Shown piece after piece: positions 49,020-63,952 of a stretch of 64,000 nt of DNA (its first letter is position 1; every line of letters starts with the position of its first letter). A program made the translations under genes and the position numbers. Where the stretch lies: assembly GCF_001194135.2 (NCBI RefSeq), contig NC_068981.1:20251284-20315283 (forward strand), in the 5' to 3' direction. Below the pieces are notes generated by a model that searched no databases, was not told where the DNA came from, and saw only the letters and a list, made by a program, of their open reading frames with translations. This stretch comes from Octopus bimaculoides. Lineage: Eukaryota.

Positions 49020-49320
49020 TAATCCTTTATTTGTTTCAATCATTGGACTGTGACTTTGCTAGGGCCTTACCTTAAAGGCTTCAGTCAAACAAATCAACCC
49101 CAGAACTTATATTTTGAGTCTGATATTTATTCTCTTGGCTTCTTTTGCTGAACAACTAAGTTACAGGGCATATAAATGAACCAACATTAGTTGTCAACTG
49201 GTGGCAGGGGAACAAACACAAAGATACATGCGTGCACATATACACAGATGTATGCATACATTATGTGTATGTTATGATGGGCTTTCACAGTTTTCATCTA
49301 CCAAATTCACTCACAGCCAG
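49020..49320 (-). mobile_element. Decayed CORE-type SINE, head missing
   Basis: TTGTTTCAATCATTGGACTGTG..CTAAGTTACAGGG..CTACCAAATTCACTCAC. Confidence 0.75.
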
Positions 49321-51969
49321 AGATAAAATCACAGGATGTTTCTTGAAATGACTGTGTCACTAACTTACAGCTTCATTCTCTGAAGAAAAGAATAGTGTGA
49401 TGTTTATATGGCAGAGTTCCATGTTTTATATCTTCATTAACTCTGTTATCAGTTAAAATAGTAATCAAAATATCACATAAGGCTAAAGTTTTATATTCAT
49501 CTTCTAGAAATAACAGTAATACATAGTATTCAGTGATTTCTATAGAAGTCAGTGTTATATATATATTTGTAGATCAATGTAGTAAATGAATATATGATGT
49601 TGCAAGACTAAAAATATACATGTACACAGTATATAGATAACTTTATGTTGCTGATTTCATTCAGATGCTATCCGTTGTCTATTCTGTAAACTGAACGGAT
49701 ATGAAGTCTTTTGAATTTCTTAATCACTGTTAAAGGTAAATATTTTCATAGGAAAATATTTACCTATTTTCATTCAATCATAATTACTCAAGTAATGCTG
49801 ACTCTGTTTACTCAGCAACAACAACATTAACAACAAGTATAATCTCGTGTTTAAGTGCAGTTAACCACAGTTACTCATCAACAAAACATTTTATTCTTTG
49901 TTAAGATTCTAGTTACAGAGCACAATTGATGGTATCCCTGTTATTTAAATATGATACTTTATATAAAACTTTCTACTTGATAAACATTAAAAAAATATAT
50001 ATATACCGGTTTTATTCTAGTTATTTCATTTAATTCCATTAAAATTAAATATCATTAGTCTATTTTATATTAGAATTTCTGCAGAATATTGCTGTATTTG
50101 ATGAAGTATTTTGTGAATATTTCTGTTTCTTACCACTCCTCTATAGATCTTAACATTACACACACACACACATACACAAGCTGCATTTCATCAAGGAAAC
50201 ATATCTTGTCTTTATTGATTTATGCCTAATCTCTGTTGTCTTCAATAGATTTACTGCTTCGTTCAGCTGGCTAGTTGCACGATTGATGTGACAAGCACTT
50301 TTCCTCATCACTCTATCTTCATTTGGGTGGAGGTTGTTTCTGCTATTATTAACATAAGTAATGATAGTTTTGATACTTTATTGTACTCTTCACCAACTAT
50401 TGAAGAGAATTAGCAAAGCATAACTTTTGTCATTTAAAAAGGAATAATGGAAAGAAATGTTGAGATAGATATCTATATGGTTGTTTGTGATAATGACCAT
50501 CTTACCATGGAACTAACAGATAAAACAATTTTGGTAAGTGCTATCACTCCCATACACACTTCAGAAAAATAGAATGAGTGCATTAAGTACACATATAAGG
50601 CATTACTTATATTGCTATAGAATTTTTTTTTTTTTCAGTCAACCAGTTCAAATCAGCAGATACAAAAAAACCACCACATTCTCTCTCTTTATTCTGAATC
50701 ATATATAAACATAATAATTGCTTAGTAGATTTGGTGCACTGAGGTCTAACTTTACATCAGCTATATTCTGATGTTTAATTAATTTTATAGTTGAGGTTAT
50801 AGCATAATTCATCTTTTAACTTCATAACCTATAAGTGTTTTATTCAAACCAATCTCTTACCTTGCTACAAAATTCAAGATACTTGTAGAATTCTAATTTA
50901 TTCTCCAAATTCCAAACTTACTCAGAATTTAATTATATTAGGTGAATCTGATTGTTCACTTTTCTTATAAATCTTACCACGTTTTCTAAAAATTCTCTGC
51001 AAGAAACAGTTTTTCATGTTATGTCACACAATACAGCTAAAAATCAACAGGCCAATAAAACAGTGTTTCTTGTGCCACCGAGAGCATAAAATCTCATCAA
51101 ATGAAACTTCTTTCAACTGATGGACATGGGTAACATATCTCAAAAGTTTCTGAGACAAAAAATTGTTGTATGTCTTTATATATTTAAAAATGTTCTCTTG
51201 CTATAACATTTTTGTATCACATTTTAAAATATTTTGGTGGTAATCTCACTTGAGATCCACTCCCCTGTTCTGCTGAGAACTCTTGTATACCAGCTGAGTA
51301 GACAACTTTGTGTGTTAACCATTAAAGTTACAGCCTAAACCATATAATCTATGAGACAATTTCAATGTTTTTATTTCTATCAACTCTTTTCATCAGTCTA
51401 AGAATCATTCCTGGTCTTTACAAACTTTATACAAGTGTTGCAGCAACAGACAAATATTCTATACCTATTTATAACTAACTCTCCTCTACTTTCATAGTTT
51501 AGTTCTACACTACAAGACTTTCTTGAATGGCTGTAAATTTGTAGCTATTTTTCTTCCAAAACTATTGTTGAAATTCTAAACTCTGCTATAAATGTGATGA
51601 TATTATGGTCAACTTTATACAATCTAAATTTATTTTGAAATTTTCATCACTTTTAATATCTGTCAAATTGACGAGACACAAGAAAATATTTATTACTTTG
51701 AAACTAATTATAAAAATTCAGTGTTAGTTATGAAAAATAAATTAATTAAAAATACATTATTTTTCATAAAAATCAACAACTTATTAATTCTTATATTGGG
51801 TTGATATGAAAGGACGTCATGTACTTAGATTATGTCACTAACCGCAACAAAAATATATGTAATGTGTACCACACTACACCACAATTCCATTCTATGTTAA
51901 TGTGGGGAAAAATATAGGGGAATGTGAGTGTGTGTGTACATATATATGTATATGTATGGTGTAGCTTTG

Positions 51970-52165
51970 CCCTGCCTGGTGAAGCTGCACTGACAGAGGT
52001 GCCACCTCTGACGAACAAGACAGAATTGCAGGATCATAGAGAAAACATGAACTGTGCAAGTCCAGAGCCAACTCTTTGCCTTCAGTCCCAGTAGACCATC
52101 AGTGTCCAACTTGCAGTAGAGTCTTCTGAGCATGCATCAGACTGATTAGCCATAGTTAGACATAG
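51970..52165 (+). mobile_element. RTE-BovB-like ORF2 C-terminus with C2H2-type finger, decayed
   Basis: RGATSDEQDRIAGS*RKHELCKSRA...HQCPTCSRVF*ACIRLISHS. Confidence 0.7.
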
Positions 52166-52446
52166 TATGACTCATTTTTTTCTTCTCTGTGATGTCCTTG
52201 GTCACCATCAACAATGTTAGATGAAAATTATTATTATGATATATGTATCTATGTACATGCATGTGGACATGAGCCTTCTTGAGATGGTATCATGCATTAG
52301 TTATAGGTGAGCATCACCATCATACAGGCAATGTCTTAAGTCTCCATGTCCAGCCAAAGGAAAATATTTCTTTACTTGAAAACAAGTAAAGGTTGGTGAT
52401 AGGAAGAACTCTCTTGTAGAAAGAAATTTGACTGACACAAAGTAAA

Positions 52447-53100
52447 TTTTGAGTGACTCATTCTGTCTAATATGTAACTACATTGAGAGACTTATCCTGT
52501 CTAATATAACATTGAGTGACTCACAATACTTACCACACAGCAACCTTGAATGATACACCACATGTAATACTCTACAAGCTGAATTTCTATATTTGTTACA
52601 CTGCAACCTTGAGGAACTCATTCCGTCTAATAGGAAGCAACCTTGAATAACTCATCTTATCTATTACTCTTCTAGCTTTAGTGACTCATCTTATCTATTA
52701 ACCCATAAGCTTCAATGACTCTCCTTATCTATTTACACTACAACCTTGGTGATTCACTTTATCTACTATACTACAACCTTGAGTGACTCACCTTATCTAT
52801 TACACTTTAGCCTTGAGTGGCTCAACATATTTATTATACTACAACCTTGAGTGACTCACCATATCTACCCTACAAGCTTGAGAGACATTATATATTACAC
52901 TACAACCTTCAACCACTCACCATGTCAAATGTATAATGACCTTTTCTGTCTCACCACATCTCTATTACACAACAAATTAGAGTGACTTGTCCTAAACTTG
53001 ATTGATTTACCCCCATCTATTACACTACATCCATGAGTCACACACCCTATTTAATATGTTACCACCTTGAATGACACATCATACCTATTACTCTACTATG
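52447..53100 (+). repeat. Old ~34-bp minisatellite, consensus CTACAACCTTGAGTGACTCACCTTATCTATTACA, about 19 units
   Basis: Best units at 52771-52804 and 52839-52868; degenerate units on both sides. Confidence 0.85.
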
Positions 53101-53861
53101 TTAAATCACAAAATTTTATAATCCATTGTTTCCAATAACTCACACTATAATTCTGATGTATATAACTATTGAGTCTTGCACTATGCTCTAATTATGCGCC
53201 ATTGGGTGACTCAGCTTATTCAAGACATTCAATCTTGGCCAAACTGCTTCAGTACTATGCCATATAACTCTAGGTAAAACTTACCTCTTCTTACATTGTC
53301 CATATAAAATAATATATCACAAATAACAGGAAATTAAAATATGTCAATCCAAACATTATATAACTTTGGGCATCATCTATTGTGTTTACAATTGTTGCTA
53401 CTTGACAATAACAGCTTTTGAATGTCCCTGTCACCTTCTCTTCATTTCACTCTGTCCCTTTCTCATAAAAATCATTATGGGGAAACAGAAACTTTACTTG
53501 CAGCCGTCATTGGGAAGAAGAAAAGACAAATAATCTTGATAAATTTGAACACATTTTTACAATTGTACATTTTTTTCTGGAGGGGAGAGTATCGAAAAAC
53601 CTCTTGATATTAAACTGAACATATTTCTATGAATATCAATCTGTTGAATGAAATATTTGGTGTGTGGAGGATTAGGGAAGGAATACTTTTTTAAAATTTA
53701 TTTTGCCTTCTTTTTCCTTTTCTTCATGTTCTTCTTTATCATTTCTTACTTTGTTAATCAAGAATAAAGTAACATGGGCTGCCCGAGGCATCTTTGGAAG
53801 ATGACACTACTTATCATGGCATTTGTTTTATCTAATGATTCCTGTTGCTTTCCTTTATATA

Positions 53862-53902
<41 letters not shown>

Positions 53903-55479
53903 CTACAAAACTAGAAGCATTTATTTATTAGAAAGTGAAAAGAAAGAGTGGGAGGCATAGAGGGGAGTGAGGTATGAGATAACAATGAGGCCAATAGTGA
54001 AGAGATAGGAAGAAGCTCTAACAAGGTTTGCAATATATTTTGTTCAATAATTACAGCAGTTTCCCATTATTAGCTATCGAAAGCAAATTATCAATATTGC
54101 CTGGAAGTTTGATTTTTGTTGATGTTAATTTTGTACATGGAAGAGATGTAAAAGGAGCAGGCTTTGTTGTAGTGGGACATTTGTAATGGATCGGATATTT
54201 AGTTTAGCCATGATACATAATGAAACCTTCTTTTCTGTAATTACATATTTACACACGCGAGTATTTCTTCATAAAGTACACATGACAGTCATATCTTGTG
54301 TCACCCACCTACTGTCGTGTTTCTTGTTCATCAACAAAGTAGTGTATCTGGAATCTCTTATATAAATTCCTAGATACTAAAGCTGAGCTTTTCAATTCCA
54401 GTTGAATTACATAAGCATTACTAAAAAACAGTTGGACAGATATTGGTAACTGACAGGAATTGAACAGCCTGTCTTGTTTCACTTGAAATTTAGTGTTGTG
54501 GATTGAGGAGATTTTCCTCATTATCATGTGTGTATCAGAGAGAGAATGATACAAGAGAAAAATTAGTAAATTTTGATGGTTTTTATTATGTTGTATGGTA
54601 AATAAGATTCATGAACCTTATGGAAGAGTTGTCAAGCCAATCACAAAAATAATTGGTGAGACAACAATTGAGAAAGTTAAGCCTTAAAAGAAAGTCTATA
54701 ATCTATTCAAAACATGGCAACAAACTAAAATATCTAAAATAATTAATGCTAGTGGGGTTTTTTGAGTTGGAAGAGTGTTTTAGAATATCTAATGATTTTC
54801 TGGCCAAGTACTTTTCCTTACAAATATTTCATTCATCTTGTAAAATCTTAGAAGAATCCATAGCAGTGTTTTCTTTCAACCTTTCCTGCAACTTAATCTT
54901 AAGTTGAAATTCTTTCTATTGAATTTGTTTTTCTCTTTATTTCCAACAAAGAAACTCAACCAAAGATTTATTGGCATGGAGGAAAAAATAAAGTTGTTGG
55001 ATTTTCATTCTTTTAAGAATAGCATTAGTGTCTTAAATAGGCCAGTCTTCTGATCATGATTGGTTTTGACTAGTCTTTTAATCATAAATGATAACTGATT
55101 TGTATCTGCTCTAGATTTCATAAATTATGAATTTTAAATTTGTTTATAAGATTGATATTTCTGAAAATCCATGTATATATTTATATATATTTTTTATATG
55201 TCTATATCACAATTGGTGAACAACAACTTCATTGGTTATATGTTTCCAATGAGCTAATCACTAATTCACTGCATTTCTGGTGATGTCTGTTACTCAGAGC
55301 AAAACAAATAATACAGCAGATAAGGGAATGTCTCTAATTCAGTGCATAACAAATAAATCAAGGGACTTACATCAAAAAGTCCCATTTGAGAGGCCCATAT
55401 TCTATATGTATATATATCAATAAAAGAATTCACACACACATACACTACATACATTACGTTACACTACATTACATTGATT

Positions 55480-55625
55480 TCCATGCAGTTTTGTCTATAA
55501 AATTCCATTCACAAAGTATTGTTTTCAACCTGGGACTATGAAAGAAAACACTTGTGCAATGGCAGGATTGAACTCAGAACCATACGATGGCAAATTAAAC
55601 TTCTTAACTACACAGTGATGCCTGA
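55480..55625 (-). mobile_element. Decayed CORE-type SINE head
   Basis: GCAGTTTTGTCTATAAAATTCCATTCACAAAG..GAAAACACTTG..GGATTGAACTCAGAACCA. Confidence 0.65.
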
Positions 55626-57210
55626 ATGCTGTGGATTATTTAGAACTAGTTTTGTATAGCATGATGTTCCTTCTAAATACAGAGTGGTTTTATATAGAAA
55701 AAGGAGTGGTATTTATATTTGAACCTAGTCAAATAGAGTAATGTTCCTTGTCCATGGTGGGGGCTTTAGTGCCTGTTCATTCAGCAAGTAGTCAAGCATG
55801 TTAACCATTCAGTAATCTAGTTTTGCCATACGTATTACAAAAGTAGAAAATGTCCAAACATTAGCAATGTTATCATTGCTATTACAACTTTGTTTGCTGC
55901 ATTGCCAACCTGCTTCAGCTGATAGAATTTTCAGCTTATCTGCAACTTATAATTAATACAGAAAATACAATTAAATCAGCAACTATTGTTGTTACATCAA
56001 AAGAGTCAGCACTAAACATCTTTTTATCATTGGGAATTTACATTTACAATCTTTTATTGGTTGAAAAATACATTATGTTATAGAAACTTTTTTTTTTATC
56101 ATTTATTCATTGAACAGCTACTTCACCAAGCTGGGTCTATCTGGTTAGAAACCATAAATATTGTACTTGTGCAAATGCTAGTGGTGGTTATGTAGGAACA
56201 ATGCTATAGGCTGGTAGTGGTGGTGGTGGTGTGCTTGTGCTACAGCAGCAATGGAAGGTTGTAACCAAAGGAGTGAAAATACAGTTGGAAGTGGAACATC
56301 ATTGCTATTTTAACACCTTTAAAAGTTCAAGTTTTCTTTTCTTACAGTTAATGCTTAACTAACCTGCTGCTCCAATCAGAATGTTAACTCTTAACTTCCT
56401 ACATGACCACATAAGGACAGCATCAGTCACCTATCTGTGAAATACAATATCACAGAAATCATACTAGCCTTGTTTACATTCATTTTGAACTAGATAAGGA
56501 ACTCTCTAATGTAAAGATGTTAAGAGTTAATATAATTGAAATACTAATATTGGTTTTCACAATTTGAGGTGTTTTGCCTAAATCTTTATTTTCTTGAAAT
56601 TGTTATAATGTGGGAATGTTGAAATACTTTACACTTATTGGGGCACATCAACATGGAATAGTTTTACTTGTATACATATATACATATACATATGTGGGCA
56701 CAGGATGTCATGGAATGTAAACAACATTAAAAAAAGGAAAACATGAGATACGAAATACAAATACATGGAATATGAGCCCTTTTTTTTTGCAACAACGAAT
56801 GAAACAAATGAAAAACAAGACAATTAACATAACGAACGATCCTTCATTAGTTGTTGGCTGTTTTTCTAATCTGTATTTTGAGCAATTCAATAACAAGATA
56901 TGCCTTCGATAAAACAGTTGCTCCCTCAAAGCAAATTAAATAAAATTTGGGATTTTGCAGAGGGTCAAAATTGGTAACATAAACAGGATAGTGAAAATAA
57001 ACAGGACGGGCTGTTAAGCCTAAACGAGGTGAGGTGGCCAACGTGGAGAAGCAAGCTTGGACAAGTGACAGACAAAAAAGCATCTGATTCGTTCAGCTGA
57101 ATCAGAAGGAAAGAAAGAAACATGAGTTAGAAGAAAGAAAGAGGGCCGATGGTCATGTGGGAGCCACAAGAGAGCAAAGGAGGAAGAGTGAGGGTGAGAG
57201 AGTGACAGAC

Positions 57211-57257
<47 letters not shown>

Positions 57258-58451
57258 TATATGTCTGTATATACACACACACACACCTATTATATCAACT
57301 TTAGACTCCCTTGAAGGTCAAATACTCTATCTGCTGAAAATCAATATGAAGACAACAATTCCAGATAGTATATCAACATGACCTAGTGTAGGTAACTTTG
57401 GAACAAGAAGTAGGCTTAGTTCCAAGAAAGTGCTAGCATAATTTCTCTTTTGATTTATATTAGTAAATAGTTGCAAAAACGATACAAAATATCAAGCTTA
57501 TGAAACATTACTTCTCATACTAGAATGTATCACATATTTTACTCTGATGCAGACACTCTCTAGTTACTTTAGAATATTCAATTCAAATAATAGCACACTT
57601 TATTTATAATATTGCTAATCCAAAAACAGTGTTGGAGCTTCTTCATGATCATTCAAACTAGAAATATCAGCCAAATTTCTCTCAAATCATGTCCTATTCT
57701 TTTGAAAAAGGAAGATACATTAAATATAGTGACCCTTGATACATTGTGTATGAATAAGAGATAAGATGGTCATGCCCAGAAAGCACTTGGTCATAATATC
57801 TGCACAATAAGGGCTTACTAAACAACTTTTCTTAATCAATTATTAAATCTCTATACAACCTATTAAAAATAGTGACCAAATCTTCCTCAAAGCACTTTTC
57901 TGTTTTAAAATCAAAGGATGCATTAAATAATATAGCCCTAGATCTGAATGTGCCCCCCCCCCCATCCGAACATCTTTGTTCAAAGTTATATCTGATCCTG
58001 ACTCACCATTGGCTTAACAACAAATTCCTTAAGTAGTCCTTAATATCACCGATTATTGACAGCTCTACAATGTGTAGCTTGTAAATATGGTATTTTCCTA
58101 AAATATTAGATTTTTTTCAAAATAATAGCCTAGCCAGGACTTTCTTCATTCTCACGGGGCTGCTCTCTATTTTTCAACAAAAAAGGGTGGCATAGTTGGT
58201 AAACCATCAGGCAATTTGCCTTGCAGATTATAGTTACAACCCTGTTAAATTTCATTATGGTCTTTCTCACCATCCATTTTCTGGGGGTTGATAAAATGAA
58301 TACTTGTTAAGTACTGAGGTTGATGTATTCATCTATATCAGCTCTCTCCCCACCAAATTAGATTTTGTGTCCTTGATCAAAAATCGATATTTCAGCAACT
58401 GACTGCAAAGTTCTACCATCTTTCCTTTCATTAACCACCCTCATCCATTCA

Positions 58452-58598
58452 TCATCATCATCATCATCATCATCGTTTAACGTCCGCTTTCCATGCTAGC
58501 ATGGGTTGGACGATTTGACTGAGGACTGGTGAACCAGATGGCTGCACCAGGCTCCAATCTGATCTGGCAGAGTTTCTACAGCTGGATGCCCTTCCTAC
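58452..58598 (-). mobile_element. Very young RTE 3' tail (147 bp)
   Basis: (CAT)n CGTTTAACGTCCGCTTTCCATGCTAGCATGGGTTGGACGATTTGAC...GGATGCCCTTCCTA with CpGs intact. Confidence 0.92.
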
Positions 58599-58975
58599 TT
58601 TTTAATAATATTACTTAAGCCCTTTCTTTTGGCAGACTCAATAATTTTAACTGTTTCGTGACTCTATTTTGAATGAAATATGCTTTTAATAACTGTTTTA
58701 GTTGATTTTAAAATTAATCTAGAATTTGGTTGAATTTATTAATTATTTATTCTATATTTCTATTATTAAGCTAGCATTTGGAACATAACTAAGCAAAAAG
58801 GTTCTTAAATAAAATTATGATGAAATGTTTTAATTTAGAAATAAAAACACGTTGATATGGTATCAAGACAACTGTCCTCTGACAATTTCCAGATATTGTG
58901 TGTGACCAGAAGGAAAAGATAAGCTCTGTTGTGAAAATCAGCTGCCTTCTAGATACCAGTGTGGTTAGAAAAATA

Positions 58976-59087
58976 CATTGATGTGGAGTTTGCAAATCCT
59001 GTATCTAGAATACACTTTCAACTTCATACCTGTTTTAATAACAGGATTTGCAACTTGGGTACAGGATTTGCTAACTCCACATCAATG
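58976..59087. repeat. 30-bp inverted repeat with a 52-nt spacer
   Basis: CATTGATGTGGAGTTTGCAAATCCTGTATC and GGTACAGGATTTGCTAACTCCACATCAATG; 2 mismatches. Confidence 0.9.
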
Positions 59088-62029
59088 GAGCAATATTATA
59101 TGTACCAAACCTTCTGGAGCAAGATATGGCTGAACTTAGGTTCTTAAGGAGAGAAAGCAACTTCTTAATTCATACACTACAAATGATCACAGTCTGGGAC
59201 AATAAAAATTTGCAAGACTTTCTTCAGATTTAAAGGATGATGTATAAAACAAGATGCTTTCCTTTACAACCTTGCTACCAAACAGGTGGCCAGTCAAAAT
59301 TAACTTCAAATGAAAAAGAGAAAAAGAACAAACATACATATAGACATACGTATGTATGTATGTATGTTCATACTTATAGTTTGTATGAAGCATTGTGAAA
59401 TAGTGTTAAAATTGTTTTAGAAACCTATCACTGCATGTTGCAAATAAAGGAGTGAAAACAAAAGTAAAACAAAATCAATAGTTTCACTTTCACTTTACAT
59501 TTCAATATTTCAGCTTTAAATGGTCTTCTTTATTGGAAAAGGAATAGAAACTGAGAATAAGTTTTGCTTCAATCTGCATAGATATATGAAGAGGAATATA
59601 TAATGTGAAATGTACAGACATGTCCTGTTATATTAGCAATTCAGAGATACACAACACTTGTCTGTAGTTGATGGAAGGATTTAATTTTTTTGTTAATAAA
59701 GTTAGCGTCCCTAATCCATAAATTATTATATTTCAAAGCCAAAATATTGAAATATACCTTTCTTTCCAACCTACATTGTGATGGTTTTCTAAAACTCTTT
59801 TAAATATATGTGTGTGGATGTTAGAGAGAATGTAATAAACACATAATAAATGCATTTTCTCTTGTTTCTTACGCCATTGTATTTCAGAAATGTTCTATGA
59901 ATAACTAAATTTTATCAATTCTTGGTAATTTAGACTTTAACGTATCCAGTAACTAGATAGAGGCTGTTACTTTCTTGCACAGTGAATACCTATACATTGT
60001 TATTGATTTCGTAGAAAATCCAATTTAACAATTATCTACAACAGCTAATTTTTCTGACATCTCAAAGCCTGTTGAAAATGTCTCTAACTAAATTTTTTGC
60101 TATGTTAGATATATCTGCTATTACTGAACACACTGTAGGTTCTCTGTTCCATTGCTAACATCTGACTTCTATTGACTACCCCCAAGTCAGACATCAATTT
60201 TCATTCACTTCAACTTGATTTCTTCCACTTAGACATGATTTTTATTCTCAAATTCTGATAATAGAGTCTTCAATATCATGATAAGAATCTCACAGTTTTC
60301 TTTTTTTTTTTTGTTTTTTGTTTGGTAAGAGGAGGAGGTCAGCACCTGTGACTCTTTGTAGGACTTTCAAAAGGAAAGGAGGAAGTTGTGCTTAGACTGC
60401 AGGCATAACTTGAATATTTGCAACTAAGTAGAGTCTGCTAAGGGAACTGAAGGGCCAAATGTTAGTGCTTAGCTGGGCAACAGATACAGTCTACAACTCA
60501 AGAATGGAAACAGTCTCATTCATGCAGTTTTTACTTACCGGTTTTCATTGACAAGGCTATGGTCAGCACTAAATCATGGTAGATGGCATTTGTCCAAAGT
60601 ACTGGATAGTGGGATCAAACTCCAATCCAGTTGTGAAGCAGTCTTTCTTATCACCTCTCATCAGGAATTGTGTTAATAAGTGAGTGTTGATTAGTTCAGT
60701 TCATGATGATAGGAGATAAGAGGAGGAGAGTTTACATTGTGATCCCTACAAAATAGATATTTAGGAACGGAACCTTAGAATTTAATTATGTTAATACCAG
60801 CCTGCCTGAGGCTGTATCTAATTCTGATAAAAATCTATTTTAAATGTTTGTATTTATATCTATATTAATGCAATCCACTTGGGCTGAAGACAGAGTATTC
60901 AACACTTAGGGCATTTCTACAACATGCATCTATGTCTTTCAATTTAACAAGGAGAGTCTCTATCAACAATTTTTTTTTTCTTTTTTTGCTTTTTTTCCTA
61001 CATCCATCACCCTCATTACAGCAGCTGGAAAATGCAATGAAAAATTATAATTAACTTGCAAACAAGAAATCAATAGTTTTATGATAATGCATATCATTGG
61101 GTAAATTTGTTACTGGACAAAATTTGAGATATTTCACACCAAATCATGTGATCAGTCTTAACACCTCATAACCTCTCACTCCTTCACCATCCATGTCTCT
61201 ATCATTTTTTGTTCTGGAAGTTATCTTGCCTGCTTGTTCTCTTTAAGTTTTCATATTTTTAATTGGATTAAGAAATTGTTTATAAGTTATTTGCAGCACT
61301 TCCAGCAATTGCCTAGCTTATTTGGTGTGTGACACCAGCCCCGTTCCCATTTTGTTATGCTATATTCCAATCACCAGTTTCATATATTAGCTAATGAAAG
61401 TGTTTCTTATTATACTAAATCACTCCAGATTCTTTATTATTTTCAAAGTTAACTGAAATTCAGAAGCGATGTATCTTATTATAGATACAGTTACAAAATA
61501 GTTAAAACATCTACTTTCAAACATGTCTTGTATTCTTCTACAATAGTAAAACAAAATGGTTCCGAATCAACCTTTTTTTTGTTTGAAATATTGACCCTAA
61601 ATTAGTGAAACTCTACAGTTTTATGTCTGAAAGCACTCTTTTTTTTAAACTGTTTTGGGCAGTTTCTATCTTCTCTCTTTTATTTTTTAACTTGTGATGT
61701 TTTATATTCATTTTTACACTACCTGCTTGGGTAATATGGTTTATCTGCTGGAACAATGGTTTTCATAGATGGGTACATTTCCTACCACTAGCTACTCAAG
61801 TGTGTAATACAGGTATAACCTGTTTATTTGTTCAGTCAGACAAACTAGAATAATTAGAGTTAGGTACCTTGCTTCAGAGTTACAATACAATGACTCTAGT
61901 AAGATCTGAACTTATAACTACGTGGTTCAGTAATCCAGAAACTTAACTTGACAACCGCTATAAATATTAACAACTCAGAAATCATTCTGAACAAATCAAT
62001 ATTAACTTAACTATTAGTACTTTCACAAC

Positions 62030-62545
<516 letters not shown>

Positions 62546-63952
62546 GTCACTTTTAGAAGAAACATTTCCAATTGCATTTAAAAGAAAATCATCCCCAGTT
62601 TTCTTGAATTTAGGATTTCTTGTGTATGTTATATTCTTTCATTAACTATTTCCAATGCTTGCGTCACTTCCATGCTGCAATTTACTCTTATTTTCTTAAC
62701 TTTATCGTGACATTATCAATCTTTTGTTTTCCTTTGTTTTCTTTTGTTTTGTTTTTCTTCCTTTTCACTTTTTAAAGTGATTTTGCTTCAAGTGAGAAGC
62801 AATATTGAATGACTCACCATGTTACATGTACACAGAAAACAGTTAATATGTTGCACTGATAGTTATCAACAACACTTAACGCAGCAAACAACTGATTGTT
62901 GACGGTTCCCAGTGGGAGCAGGGATTGCTGGGTAATTCTTACAACAAAAGTTGTACCAGGGTTTATGTTATCTGGCACTAATTTTATATATTGTTTTCTC
63001 TAATTCTTCTAATGTCATCCAATGCTTGTAACTCTGAAGTTGCCTGGTAGATTGTGCAGCACTGTCTCATATCTGATTGAAATGGTGTATATGACAGAAT
63101 GCTATAGTGTGGTGATAGTTGTTGTTTATCAACCTTGTTCAAACAAACCAATGATCAAAAGCGTTCCAGTCATGACCATCTAACGTGTTCCCTTTCTATT
63201 TTATTTTTAAATGGAAGAGTATGAATTAAGGAAATTTGACTGTTACTCCTAGTAGACAAATGACCAAACAGAAGTTCCCTTCTAGGTCCATTGCTGTAAT
63301 AGCCAAGGCATTTGGTCAGCTGAGGTGATTGACACATCTCAATGATAATGTTTACATCAATCTGCTTTCTGTTTTCCCCCTGTGACGTAGAACTTAAGTT
63401 AAAGAGAGATCTGGAGGGAAATTAACAGTTGTTTTGTGACACAAACGAATCCAAAGTCTCAGTCTTCAATTATGCAACATTGCTAATAAATTTAAACCGT
63501 TGCTTAATAGAATGGCCAGTTGAAGAATTACTGGAGACAGAAATTAATTGGTTATGAACATGTGAGACTCAGTATTTCAAGCTATGTGAATAAATGTTAT
63601 GATCAGTTGCACAGTTGGAATAAAATCAAACATAATCAATAAAACCTTACTGAACCCATGTCAGGATAAGAAATCAGACAGGGAGGTGTTAAAGTTGACT
63701 ATGTAATGTTTAACAGTGTTTACCATAATGCTCTTGTACAGTTTTCTTAGCAGAGATATGTTTCTCCATTTCTTACTATTTTACATCCATGTTAGAAGAC
63801 TAGTTTAGTGTAACAGCACTTGTTTCTTTCTTTGAATGAGTAACTTACTGTTAACCATTCGTCTTTGGAGTATTTGTGGGGAGCCCCTACTATTTTATTG
63901 TTCATTTTACTTTCACAGTGGCATAGAATATATCCCTAAACTTGCACATTGC

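Noticed and set aside
52447-53100. CRISPR-like appearance (palindromic repeats with ~34-bp period)
   Set aside because: No unique spacers (whole units are homologous), eukaryotic context and no cas genes.
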